IMG/VR virus record: IMGVR_UViG_2562617147_000003
Span: 10,046 to 74,045 of that record
DNA: 64,000 nt
Source of the DNA: a virus
Lineage: Duplodnaviria; Caudoviricetes
Reading direction: 5' to 3' (one strand)
The translations under genes were made by a program, and so were the position numbers. The notes below the pieces were generated by a model. That model saw only the letters and a list, made by a program, of their open reading frames with translations, was not told the DNA's origin and made no database searches. Positions 9,052-19,000 of this stretch are shown one piece after another; the stretch's first letter is position 1, and the number at the start of each line of letters is the position of its first letter.

Positions 9052-9424
9052 ATGGCTGGAAAAAAAAGAAAATCTCAAACCCGTGCAAAACACGGAAGAA
9101 GCACGGGAGCGCGGACGCAAGGGCGGCGTCGCATCCGGGCAGGCCCGGCGCAAGAAGCGCGCCCTGCGCGAGTATCTGGAGGCGCGTCTGGAAATCATGA
9201 CCGGCGATGTGAGCACCGCCGAGGCCATTACCGCAGCCCTGGTGGACAAGGCGCTTTCCGGTGACATGCGGGCTTACGAAACCATCCGCGACACCCTGGG
9301 GCAGAATCCCAGGCAGATGGTTGAAACCGAAGTCTCCGGCGGGCTGGGCCTGCACCATGAGGTTACACCTGTGGTGGGCGCTCTTTTGGCTCGGTTGGTG
9401 AAAGAAGAGGAAGGCCAGGCATGA
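9052..9424 (+). pseudogene. Terminase small subunit-like (KGG motif) with +1 A frameshift in an A8 tract
   Basis: ATG GCT GGA AAA AAA A then ENLKPVQNTEEARERGRKGGVASGQARR in the next frame; removing one A restores a continuous ORF that overlaps terL. Confidence 0.65.
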
Positions 9425-10968
9425 CGGAACGCGAGCGAGCCCAAGCCGCTTACGCCCAGGCGCGCCACTCAGAAGACCTGCGGGCTCTGTGCGCCGGAGA
9501 CCTTTTTTTCCTGCTGGTTCACGGCATGGGTCGGGCGGACATGGACAACGACTTTTGCTTCGCCCGCTGCCGCGAGGTGCAGGCCGTGCCGGACGGCTGC
9601 CTGGATCTCTGGGCGCGCGAGCACTACAAGTCCACCATCATCACCGTGGGCCTGACCATTCAGAACATTCTCAACAATCCCGCTCTGACCGTGGGCATCT
9701 TCAGCCACACTCGCCCCATTGCCAAGGCCTTTTTGCGCCAGATCAAGCGTGAGTTCGAGACAAACCGACTTTTGCGAGAGCTCTTCCCGCACATTTGCCC
9801 GCCGGGCAGGGGAGAATCCCGCACCTGGAGCGAGGACAACGGCATTGTGGTGCGGCGGGAAAACAATCCCAAGGAAAACACCGTGGAAGCCTGGGGATTG
9901 GTGGACGGCCAGCCTACGGGCAAGCATTTCGACCTGCTGATCTATGACGACGTGGTGACGCTGGAAAGCGTGAGCACGCCGGAGCAGATCGCCAAGACCA
10001 CCGAAGCCTGGCGCCTCTCGCTCAACCTGGGTGCGCGCGGCGGGGCCCGGCGCATGATCGGCACGCGCTATCACGCCAATGACACCTATGCCGAGCTTAT
10101 CAAGTCCGGCTCCGTGTCCGTGCGGCTGCATCCTGCCACCAGCGACGGCACATTTGAGAGCGAACCCGTTTTGCTGCCGCGTGAGGTGCTTGATGAAAAG
10201 CGCCGCGACATGGGGCCTTACGTCTTTGCCTGCCAAATGCTGCAGAACCCGCTGGCCGACAAGGCGGACGGCTTCCGCACGGAATGGCTGCGCTACTGGC
10301 GGCCCGCTGAAAATCTCTGGCGGCCCATGAACCGCGCCATCCTTGTGGACCCCGCAGGAAGCAAGAAAAAGGCCGGCGACTATTCCGTATTCTGCGTTGT
10401 CGGCTGGAACGTGGACAAGGGACTGTATCTCATTCACGCCGAGCGCTCCCGGTTGAATCTCACTGAGCGCACAGCAACGGTGTTCCGTCTGGCACGGGAG
10501 TTCGATCCGCTCTTTGTGGGCTATGAGCAGTACGGCCTGCAATCGGACATCGAGCATATCCAGGGCGAAATGGACCGGCTCAATTACCATTTTGCCATCC
10601 GCCCTCTTGGCGGCAGGACAGCCAAAATCGACCGCATCAGGCGGCTGATTCCGTGGTTTGAGCAGGGACGGCTTTTTCTTCCGGCACAGGCCAGTTTCCG
10701 CGACGGGGAAGGCCGCATCCGCGAATTCACCAGGGAATTTGTGGAGGAAGAATATGAGAGTTTCCCGGTCTGCATCCATGACGACATGCTCGACTGTCTG
10801 TCCCGTGCCGTGGACCCGGAAGTGAACGTGCCCTTTCCCGACGGGGCGGACGGCCGTAGCGCCGTGGAAAAAGAACTGGACCGCATACGCGAAACCAACC
10901 GGGCGCTGAATGGAGAGCGCCACGGCCTCAAATACGGCTATACGGCCGGATCGGGGGCGTCATGGTGA
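9421..10968 (+). CDS. terL: Terminase large subunit
   Basis: AREHYKST (Walker A-like), TGKHFDLLIYDD, VDPA, HDDMLD nuclease motifs. Confidence 0.9.
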   Translation: MTERERAQAAYAQARHSEDLRALCAGDLFFLLVHGMGRADMDNDFCFARCREVQAVPDGCLDLWAREHYKSTIITVGLTIQNILNNPALTVGIFSHTRPIAKAFLRQIKREFETNRLLRELFPHICPPGRGESRTWSEDNGIVVRRENNPKENTVEAWGLVDGQPTGKHFDLLIYDDVVTLESVSTPEQIAKTTEAWRLSLNLGARGGARRMIGTRYHANDTYAELIKSGSVSVRLHPATSDGTFESEPVLLPREVLDEKRRDMGPYVFACQMLQNPLADKADGFRTEWLRYWRPAENLWRPMNRAILVDPAGSKKKAGDYSVFCVVGWNVDKGLYLIHAERSRLNLTERTATVFRLAREFDPLFVGYEQYGLQSDIEHIQGEMDRLNYHFAIRPLGGRTAKIDRIRRLIPWFEQGRLFLPAQASFRDGEGRIREFTREFVEEEYESFPVCIHDDMLDCLSRAVDPEVNVPFPDGADGRSAVEKELDRIRETNRALNGERHGLKYGYTAGSGASW

Positions 10969-11492
10969 CATATCGCTTCGTGGAGGCCGACACGCCCGCG
11001 CTGCGCCGTCTGCCCTTTGAGCGCATGGAGTCCGAAGGCATCGCGCGGGCCGTGATCTGGAACCGCGTCGATCCCTGCCTGCTGGACTGGCTGGAATGCG
11101 TCAATCCCCAATATGCGCTCTGCTGGCTGGCCCATGACCGGAATAATGCCCTTGCGGGAGCCGTCTGGCTCAATCCTGTCATGGGCCTGTGCGGTTGCGT
11201 GCATTTCTGCATCTTCAAGGCGGCGCGGCCGGACTGGAAAAACCTCGGGCGTCAGGCCATCGCGCATCTGTTCCGGGCGCGGCCGCTGGCCGGGCTGCTG
11301 GCCGTCTGGCCCGCGCACTACCGCTCTGTGACCAGGGCGGCCAAGGCCTGGGGTTTCGGCAAGCCGGTGTTGCTGCCCAAAGCCTGCCACATGCCCGGCG
11401 TCCATAACCCGTCACGCTGCCGCGACGGCTTCATGGCCGTGCTGCGGCGCTCCAGCCGTTGTGACGAAGGAAACTACGGATGGAGACAGTAA
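10962..11492 (+). CDS. Hypothetical phage protein (GNAT-like); C-terminus supplied by a palindromic element
   Basis: Overlaps terL; last codons SSRCDEGNYGWRQ come from the repeat. Confidence 0.6.
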   Translation: MVTYRFVEADTPALRRLPFERMESEGIARAVIWNRVDPCLLDWLECVNPQYALCWLAHDRNNALAGAVWLNPVMGLCGCVHFCIFKAARPDWKNLGRQAIAHLFRARPLAGLLAVWPAHYRSVTRAAKAWGFGKPVLLPKACHMPGVHNPSRCRDGFMAVLRRSSRCDEGNYGWRQ

Positions 11493-11566
11493 TTGGATAC
11501 TCTCTATGCGACGCAAGGAAATTGCTGTCGCTATCCGTAAGCGGCAGAGCCGCTAACGGCTACCGC
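11449..11566. repeat. Dispersed palindromic (REP-like) element
   Basis: GCTCCAGCCGTTGTGACGAAGGAA leader, TACGGATGGAGACAG...TGCTGTCGCTATCCGTA hairpin; 11472-11566 nearly identical to 19893-19987. Confidence 0.8.
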
Positions 11567-11600
11567 AGGAAGATTTTATGAACAAACAGGAGGCATAACT

Positions 11601-11855
11601 ATGGGCAGTGTGATTTCATCCATTTTCGGCGGCGGCCAGAGCAGCGCTCCGGCTCCCGTGGTCTACGAGGCCGAGGCCGCGCCGCGCGAGGCGGAACAGG
11701 AAGCCGAAGCCTCCAATGTGCGCGACGAGGAAAAGCGCAAGCTGCGCCAGCGGCGGCAGATGGGCGGCACGCTGCTCACGTCGCCCCTGGGCGTTACCGG
11801 CGGCGCCGACAGTGCGGGCGCGTCCCTGCTGGGGCGCTCCGGCCTGGACGGTTGA
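11601..11855 (+). CDS. Small virion protein upstream of portal
   Basis: AGGAGG RBS; ends RRRQMGGTLLTSPLG...SLLG, typical of pre-portal genes in T7-like temperate phages. Confidence 0.65.
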   Translation: MGSVISSIFGGGQSSAPAPVVYEAEAAPREAEQEAEASNVRDEEKRKLRQRRQMGGTLLTSPLGVTGGADSAGASLLGRSGLDG

Positions 11856-11866
11856 GGGTTGCGCGC

Positions 11867-13516
11867 ATGGATTTGAAAGAGGTCAAGCAACTCGTCGGCC
11901 ATCTGGAAAGCCTGCGCGCCAAGCGCCTGGCCCAACAGCGCGAACTGGGGCGGCTGATCCTGCCCTCGCGCGGGCTCTTCCAGGGTGAGGACACGGAAAG
12001 CCTGCGCGAGTCCAACCTGTTCAATCCGGCGGCCAACCGCGCCTTGCGCAAGGCGGCCGCGGGCATGACCCAGGCCATCACTCCGGCCGGCAATCCCTGG
12101 TTCAAGCACGCCTTTCTGCTGCGCCGGGACCGTGAGGCCACGGGCGGCAACGAGTATGTGGATACGGTCGACAACATGCTGCGCACCGTGCTTTCCGCCG
12201 GGGGCTTCTATCGGGCCATCCATTCTTTCAACAAGGAGTTGTTGGGCTTCGGTTGCGCTCTCCTGGGTTGCGAGGAAAGCCCGCGCACGGTGGCCCGCTA
12301 TTTCTGTCAGACCTGCGGCACGTACTGCGCGGCCCTGGACGAGGACGGCAATCTTGACGCCGTGGCCCGCCGCCTGCTGATGACCCCGCGCGAGCTGGCC
12401 CGGCGTTTCGGCGAGGACCGTCTTTCCGACGTAAGCCGCCAGAAGCTGAAAAAGGATTCGTATGATCCCGTAGCCGTGCGCCATGTGGTCCAGCGCCGGA
12501 CGGCGCGCGATCCGGAGCGCGCTGACCGGAGCAACATGCCCTGGGGCTCCTGGTGGTATGAGGAGGGCGGCGCGGCCGATTTTCTGGACGTGGGCGGTTT
12601 CCGCTCCATGCCTTTCTTTTTCACCGTCTGGGAGGAAGCGCGCGGCGTGTACGGCACCGGGCCCGGCGACGAGGCCCTTGCCGACCAGAAAGGCATTGAA
12701 GGATGGGAATTGCGCAAGGCCGTGGGCGTGGAAAAGATGATCGACCCGGTGCTTGTGTCGCAAGGGCCGCTCAAGGCCTATGTGGACACCTCGCCGGGTG
12801 CCGTCATCCCCTCCGGCGGTTTCGGCGCGGACAGCCTCAAACCGCTTTATGAAGTCAATTTCGGCCCGGCCGTCCAGCATGTGCAGGAGGAGATCAGCCA
12901 GATTTCCCTGCGTCTGGAAGACGTGATGATGGCCAACATCTTCGCCAGCATGAGCCTGGAGACGCGCCCGGCGGGCATGACCATGACCGAGTACATGGAC
13001 CGCCGCAGACGCAGCGCCGAGCTCATGGGCCCCACGGTGTCCGGTTATGAGCCGCGCATCCTCTCCCCCGTGCTGGAGAACACTTTCGGCCTGCTGGAGG
13101 AATACGGCCTGCTGCCCGGGCCGCCGGACGGCCTCTCGCCCTTTGCCTCGCTCAATGTCTCCTATCAGTCGCCCATGGCTCAGATGCTTGAGCAGAGCGG
13201 GGCCGTGGCCATCCAGAGCCTTTTCGAACTGGCCGCGCCCATGCTGCGGGCCGTACCGGACCTGGCGGACAAGATCGACTTTGAGCAGGCCATTGACGAG
13301 CTGGCCCAGCGTCTGGGCGTGCCCGCGTCGGTGGTCCGCTCCGATGAAACCGTGGCAGCCATGCGGCAGCAGCGGGCTGAAGCGCAGGCCGCTCAACAGC
13401 AGCAGATGGCGGAAGCGCGGATGCTTCAACAGGTGGCGGCCCTGGGCAATGTGAAGACGCAGGGCACTGTGGCCGGTGAGGTTCTGGGAACAACGCAGGG
13501 AGGCGAGTCCGCATGA
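11867..13516 (+). CDS. Portal protein (T7 gp8-like head-tail connector)
   Basis: ~550 aa; WEEARGVYGTGPG, MTMTEY..RR, VSYQSPMAQ; position after terminase. Confidence 0.88.
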   Translation: MDLKEVKQLVGHLESLRAKRLAQQRELGRLILPSRGLFQGEDTESLRESNLFNPAANRALRKAAAGMTQAITPAGNPWFKHAFLLRRDREATGGNEYVDTVDNMLRTVLSAGGFYRAIHSFNKELLGFGCALLGCEESPRTVARYFCQTCGTYCAALDEDGNLDAVARRLLMTPRELARRFGEDRLSDVSRQKLKKDSYDPVAVRHVVQRRTARDPERADRSNMPWGSWWYEEGGAADFLDVGGFRSMPFFFTVWEEARGVYGTGPGDEALADQKGIEGWELRKAVGVEKMIDPVLVSQGPLKAYVDTSPGAVIPSGGFGADSLKPLYEVNFGPAVQHVQEEISQISLRLEDVMMANIFASMSLETRPAGMTMTEYMDRRRRSAELMGPTVSGYEPRILSPVLENTFGLLEEYGLLPGPPDGLSPFASLNVSYQSPMAQMLEQSGAVAIQSLFELAAPMLRAVPDLADKIDFEQAIDELAQRLGVPASVVRSDETVAAMRQQRAEAQAAQQQQMAEARMLQQVAALGNVKTQGTVAGEVLGTTQGGESA

Positions 13517-13818
13517 AGACGCCCGCAGAGGTGGCCGCCGAACGGCAATCTCAGGAAGATGAAGCCCGCCAGGCGCGCGTGGACCTGCGCGACGTGCTGG
13601 ACACGGAAGCGGGCTGCCGCGTCTTTGCCCGCTTGCTGCATGAATTGGGGGCTGGTTCCCCCATGAAGAATGAAACCGACATGCGCCTGCGCAACGCGGC
13701 GGACTGGCTGCTGCACCAGGTTGCGGCCGCCCATCCCGCGGCCTGTCTGCGGCTTTTGGCGGAACTGCGCGGCATAGGCGGCGCTGAACTTTTAGAGCAG
13801 ATTAACTTTGAGAATTGA
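13513..13818 (+). CDS. Hypothetical phage protein (Bbp19-like)
   Basis: DLRDVLDTEAGCRVFARLL motif; overlaps portal stop. Confidence 0.65.
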   Translation: MKTPAEVAAERQSQEDEARQARVDLRDVLDTEAGCRVFARLLHELGAGSPMKNETDMRLRNAADWLLHQVAAAHPAACLRLLAELRGIGGAELLEQINFEN

Positions 13819-13831
13819 CATTCTCAAAGTT
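13804..13831. promoter_or_regulatory. Perfect 12-bp inverted repeat overlapping TTGACA upstream of the scaffold/capsid genes
   Basis: AACTTTGAGAAT-tgac-ATTCTCAAAGTT; TTGACA at 13815-13820. Confidence 0.55.
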
Positions 13832-13958
13832 TTTAAGACGCCCACTCCGGCGCTTAACCGCGCAAATAAATTGCGCTTACGCCTCCGTGGCGGGCGTCTG
13901 CTCACGCAGCCGCCAGAGCAATTTCATTTTGAAATTGCTCTAAAACAGGAGGAAACTC

Positions 13959-14657
13959 ATGCCTGAAGACATCATCCCCGGCGCGACGCCCCCGGAAGGC
14001 GGAGAATCCGCGCAGCGGAGCGAGCCGGAAACCACGCTTTCCGGCGAAGCGAGAACGAGTGCGGCGCAGGAACGCGCCGCCGAGCATCATCCCGAAGACT
14101 GGCGAAGCTCTCTCCCCGCCGCCTGGGCCGACAAGCTCAAGGACGTGGCGGGCGAAGAGGATGCCGTCAGGGCCCTTGAGCGCGGCCTGTCCTACACGCC
14201 CGCGCTCAAACCCGAGGATGTGGAGCTGGACTATCCCGACGGCATTCAGGTGGACGAAGGCGTGCGCGACAATTTCCGCCAGTTCTGCGTGGACAAGGGC
14301 ATCACGCCTGTTCAGGCCCAGGCGCTGCTGGACTGGCAACTGGCCGCCAACAAGGAAATTACGGACGCGGTCATGGCAAAAGGCAAGGCCGAGCTGCAAA
14401 AGCTCTGGGGCAGCCGTTTTGAAGAGAACAGCGCCAAGGCTCTCAAGGCCGTGGTGGCCCTGGACAAGCGCATGGGCGGGCGGCTTTCCGAAACCATGGC
14501 TTTCAGCGGCATGAACAACAATCCCGTGCTGGTGGAGGCTTTTCACGCCATCGGCACGCTTATTTCCACGGACGCCCTTTCCGGCGGCCGGGCCGCCCCG
14601 GCCCCGGACAAACCGGAAACGGCCGAAGAAACCTACAACGGCATGTTCAATAAGTGA
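13959..14657 (+). CDS. Capsid scaffolding protein
   Basis: AGGAGG RBS; acidic/Pro-rich N-term, WRSSLP, AELQKLWGSRFEEN; precedes capsid gene. Confidence 0.7.
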   Translation: MPEDIIPGATPPEGGESAQRSEPETTLSGEARTSAAQERAAEHHPEDWRSSLPAAWADKLKDVAGEEDAVRALERGLSYTPALKPEDVELDYPDGIQVDEGVRDNFRQFCVDKGITPVQAQALLDWQLAANKEITDAVMAKGKAELQKLWGSRFEENSAKALKAVVALDKRMGGRLSETMAFSGMNNNPVLVEAFHAIGTLISTDALSGGRAAPAPDKPETAEETYNGMFNK

Positions 14658-14668
14658 GGTGACCAACC

Positions 14669-15589
14669 ATGCCCGACATGATCCCGCAGACTCTCAAGGA
14701 AATCGCCCTGGACAAGGCGAAAAAGCGCCCGGAACTGGTGGACTACCTCACCGAGGAGTCGCCCATCCTGGCCATGCTCAAATGGATTCCGGCCACGCAC
14801 GGCCTCTGGAACGTGGAAGAAGTGCTGGCCAACGTGCAGGGCCCGGCCTTCGGCGAACTGGGAGCGCCCCTGCCCAGCATGAAGGCCGACACCAATTTGC
14901 GCCAGACCTACGTCTCCGTGCTGGGCGGCGAGATGGAAGTGAGCAAGGACAAGGCCGACCAGTTCGGCGGCGCGCCCAAGTATTTCGCCCGGCGCGAATC
15001 CGCCATCCTTAAAAAGGCGGGCAGCGACACCGAGTTGGCCATCTGGCGCGACCACTGGCGCAAGGCCGCTCTGGCCAGGAAACTCGTCAGCAAGGGCAAG
15101 GCCGCGAGCAACGCCTATACCGTCCTGGTGGTGCGTTTCGACAAGGAAATCAATATCGGCATCTATGATCCCACGGGATTCAACCAGGGTCGCCTGGTGG
15201 ACATCACGCCCATCAACGGCGGCAGCCTCTATCACCTGCGCAGCCAGGAAGGCGTGCTGGGCTACGGCGTCGAATACCGTGGACGTTTCGGCTGGCAGAA
15301 CCTTGCGCCCGAACGCGCGGTGCACGCCATCGTCAACGTCAATGCCGATAACCTGCCCGGCCTGGGCCAGTTGGAAGACGCCATTGCCGCTGTGCGCGGC
15401 ACGGCGGAAAACACCTACATCTTCGGCCACCACAAAATCCTGCAGAAGACCATGAGCTCCATCAAGAAGGAATACCTGCAGATGACCGTCAACGACGGCT
15501 CCATGAAGACCGTCATCGGCGACATCAACGGCGTGAGGCTGGTGGGTTCCTATAATCTGCCCGACGGCACGGAAGCCGCCGTCAATTAG
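14669..15589 (+). CDS. Major capsid protein (BPP-1 Bbp17-like)
   Basis: 306 aa, LTEESPILAMLKW, VEYRGRFGW; module position. Confidence 0.8.
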   Translation: MPDMIPQTLKEIALDKAKKRPELVDYLTEESPILAMLKWIPATHGLWNVEEVLANVQGPAFGELGAPLPSMKADTNLRQTYVSVLGGEMEVSKDKADQFGGAPKYFARRESAILKKAGSDTELAIWRDHWRKAALARKLVSKGKAASNAYTVLVVRFDKEINIGIYDPTGFNQGRLVDITPINGGSLYHLRSQEGVLGYGVEYRGRFGWQNLAPERAVHAIVNVNADNLPGLGQLEDAIAAVRGTAENTYIFGHHKILQKTMSSIKKEYLQMTVNDGSMKTVIGDINGVRLVGSYNLPDGTEAAVN

Positions 15590-15600
15590 GAGGGGGAAGA

Positions 15601-16020
15601 ATGAACAAGACCTTTGGATACGGCGCGGAAAACCGCTGGCATGACCAGTATTTCGAGAAAGGAATCACCTTGCCCGGCTCCGCCGGCGTCGTGTGCGCCA
15701 ACGCCCTGGCCGTGGGGCAGCATCACGGGGCGCTTGCCGTCACGCTGGTTGCGGACGGCGCGGTGAGCATTCCCGCAGCCAAAAAACTGACCGTCACCAT
15801 TCAGGGCAGCGACGCCGAGGGCGGCGCGTTCGCTGATATTGCGGGGGCTCCCGAAATGAGCGTCAGCGGCGGGGCCGGTGCGGCCACAATCTTTGGAGAC
15901 GGTGAGACCATCGGAAAGCTGGTGCTGCCGGACATGGCGGCCTTCGCCAAGATTAAGCTCACCACGGACGGCGCGGCCACCGGCAAGGTGGACGTCTTCC
16001 TTAACTATCTGGCCCGCTAG
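15601..16020 (+). CDS. Capsid cement/decoration protein (Bbp16-like)
   Basis: 139 aa beta-rich protein right after the capsid gene. Confidence 0.6.
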   Translation: MNKTFGYGAENRWHDQYFEKGITLPGSAGVVCANALAVGQHHGALAVTLVADGAVSIPAAKKLTVTIQGSDAEGGAFADIAGAPEMSVSGGAGAATIFGDGETIGKLVLPDMAAFAKIKLTTDGAATGKVDVFLNYLAR

Positions 16021-16030
16021 GAGCATTCCC

Positions 16031-19000
16031 ATGATTGCCCAGACCAGCGTCGTTGTCCGCTACATCGTAACCGCCGGGGTCTTGTCCTATGCCGTTCCCT
16101 TTCCCATCTACAGTGAAAAGGACGTGCGCGTAACCTTTTCCACGGACGGCAGAACGGAAACGGCGCTGGTTCCGGGCGCGGAGTATACGGTGACCGTACT
16201 GTCTTCCGGCGGCGGGACTGTCACGTTGGGTTCTGCCGGGATTGTTCCCATAGAGGCGGTACTGGCCGTGGCTTCCGCCATCCCGGCAACCCAGGAGGCG
16301 GACTTTTCCGCCACCACGGACGTGGACACCGGGGCCCTGGAAACGCAGCTCGACCGCCAGGTGCAGATGATCCGGCAACTGGAGGCCGAGCTTGACCGGG
16401 CGGTCAAGGTTCCGGCGGCCTCCGAGGAGAGTCCGGAAAGTGTCGCACGGGATATTTATACCGCCCGGGACGCGGCGGAAGCCTCCGCCGGGGCCGCGGG
16501 CGACAGCGCCGCGCGGGCGGCCCGGAGCGCGGCAAACGCGGCAAACAGCGCCGGGCAGTCGGCGGGCGCGGCCGCCGATGCCGAGTACTGGGCCGGGCGC
16601 GCCGAGGACGCCGGCAACAACGGCCCGGCCACGCCCGGGCACATCGGCGGCGTCAAACCCCGTCACGGCCTGTCCGTCATGGAGGACGGCACCCTGGACC
16701 TCAATACGGGCGACGGCCTGGAAATCGACGCAACGGAAAACGCCCCGCGCGTCAACGCCTCCGGCATCCGGCACGGCGTCCTGGCCGTGGCGCACGGCGG
16801 CACCGGGGCCGACACGGCCCAGGGCGCGCGGGACAACCTGGGTCTCAGCGCCTGGCAGAAAGGCATGGAAGGCACCAATCCCCAGCGCCTGCGCAACGTC
16901 ATCCTTTCCGGCCGGGAAAAGGACGGCTATCCGGCCTACCTCGTCGGCCAGGAATTCATTGACATGCAGCACGAGGACGGCGTGTACATCAGCAAGCGCG
17001 GCACGGTCAGCGCCGGCGGGGAATACAGCGCCTCACACCGGGCCACCAGGCCCCTGCGCAACCAGCTTGTCTACCAGGCTCAAGGCTGGCTGACGCCCAA
17101 CACCGTGACCAGCGGCCAGTGGGAATACGCCTTTGCCGACCGGGCGCACGTGCTCACGGGCCTCTATCTCCAGAACCGGGATAACGAGCCGCAATGTTTC
17201 CCCCGGAAATGGCAGCTTCAGGGCTGGAATGAAAGCAGCGGCCTCTGGGAGGACATCTACCGCCGCGACAATGACCAGGCCCTGCGCGGCAGTTCGGACA
17301 ATCTCAAGGACAACGGGCGGATGTACTGGTTCACGGAAAATGCCACGGCCTACCGGCGCGTGCGCATCAATATCGAAAGCAACCACGGCGGCGCGTACTC
17401 GCAGCTTGCCGTCATCCGCCTGTACGAGGCGGTCATTCCCGGCCTGCACAAATATGACCCGGCCCTGTACGCCACGCCCGAAACGCCCTTTGCGGCCTCC
17501 GTGGCCTGCGGCCTGAGCGCGGACGGCACGGCCCGCACCCTGGACCGGCCCGTGAAAGTCACGGAGCATGTGGTTTTTGACGGGCGCAAGCTGGCGGAAA
17601 TGAGCCGCAATTACATCTACGTCGTCCCGGCCGATGAAAGCACCGGCCGACTTCCGGACAATCTGGACGCGGACAGGGCCGTGCCCCTGCCCGGCAATGC
17701 GGCCTTTCTGTACGCGGACACCCGCAAACTGCACTACGGCACGCGCGGCGACATTGAAAAAGAGTGTTTCGCCCTGCTGCAATCCCGGCACACCGTGGCC
17801 TACGATCCCGTGCCCAACGGCATGTTCGAGATGAACCAGGGGGCCTGGAACCATCCGCTGTACTTCCAGAACGTGCGGGTGGACCCCACGGAAAAGCCAC
17901 GGGGCGCGGCCTCCAGCTACCGGTTCACGGGCGTTGACAACTGGATCGGCCCCAATGCCGACCTGACGGCGGCCCTGCTCGGCAAAAACGCCCATCCCTA
18001 CAGCAACGAATGCACCGTGGAGCTGGATTTCAAGTGGAACGGACCGGCCCCGGAAACGACCGACGATTATTTTATCCTCTTTGACAACGGCTACTCTGCA
18101 AGCCGGGGCTGGGCGCTGGCCTATCACAACCGCAAAAAATGCCTGGCCCTGCATTGGGGCAGCAAAAGCATCAGCAACTGGTGCTACCACGCGCCGTTCA
18201 ATGCCGCTGACGGCACATGGCATACGGTTTCCGTGAGCCAGCGCGATTCCAACCTGTTCATCCATGTGGACGGCGTTTGCCTCGGCGCGTTCAATTATGT
18301 GTCGCTCTGCAATCCCAATTACCGCTATTGGTTTCTGGGCCGCTGGATACACTCGGGCAGCCACCAATGGTACGGGCATCTCAATAATCTGCGCGTCACC
18401 CTGGGCACGGCCCTGTACCAGGGGCGGGATTACGCCGTGTCCCCGGCTTTCAACCGTGGCCCGATTCCCGACAAAACCCTGTGGTACGACGCCGCCGAAG
18501 GGGTGGTCAAGGAATGGCAAGCGGAGGCGGGCGTGTGGCTGAAAACGCCCATGCTGCCCGTGGGGCATGTGGATACCGGGCGAAAAGAGCACCTCATGAC
18601 CGACCAGCCCAGGGGCACCTATCATCTTCAACCCACCAAATGGGTGACGGATTTTAAAACCGACAGCAGTTATGACGGCAATGCGGGGGCAAGCAGCCTG
18701 TTCAATCTCGGCTACGGCGGCGCACATGCCTTTTTGTCAGGGGGAACAAATGATGCGACGCATGCCGTGGAATTTATGCTTGAAAAGCCCCTGGCCTTTG
18801 AAAGCATGCTTGACTTTGTAAACACGCGCGGCAATTGGAACTCCTCATTGTGCAAATTCAGATTGTCAGGCCGCAACGCTGATGAGGAAGCATGGAATGT
18901 GCTGATCGACCGCAGCACTTTTATTGATGACGGAGCATTGCTCGGGGCGGGCGTATACGTAGCGCCCAACGGCACATCCCCCTATTTCGGCGGCTACAAG

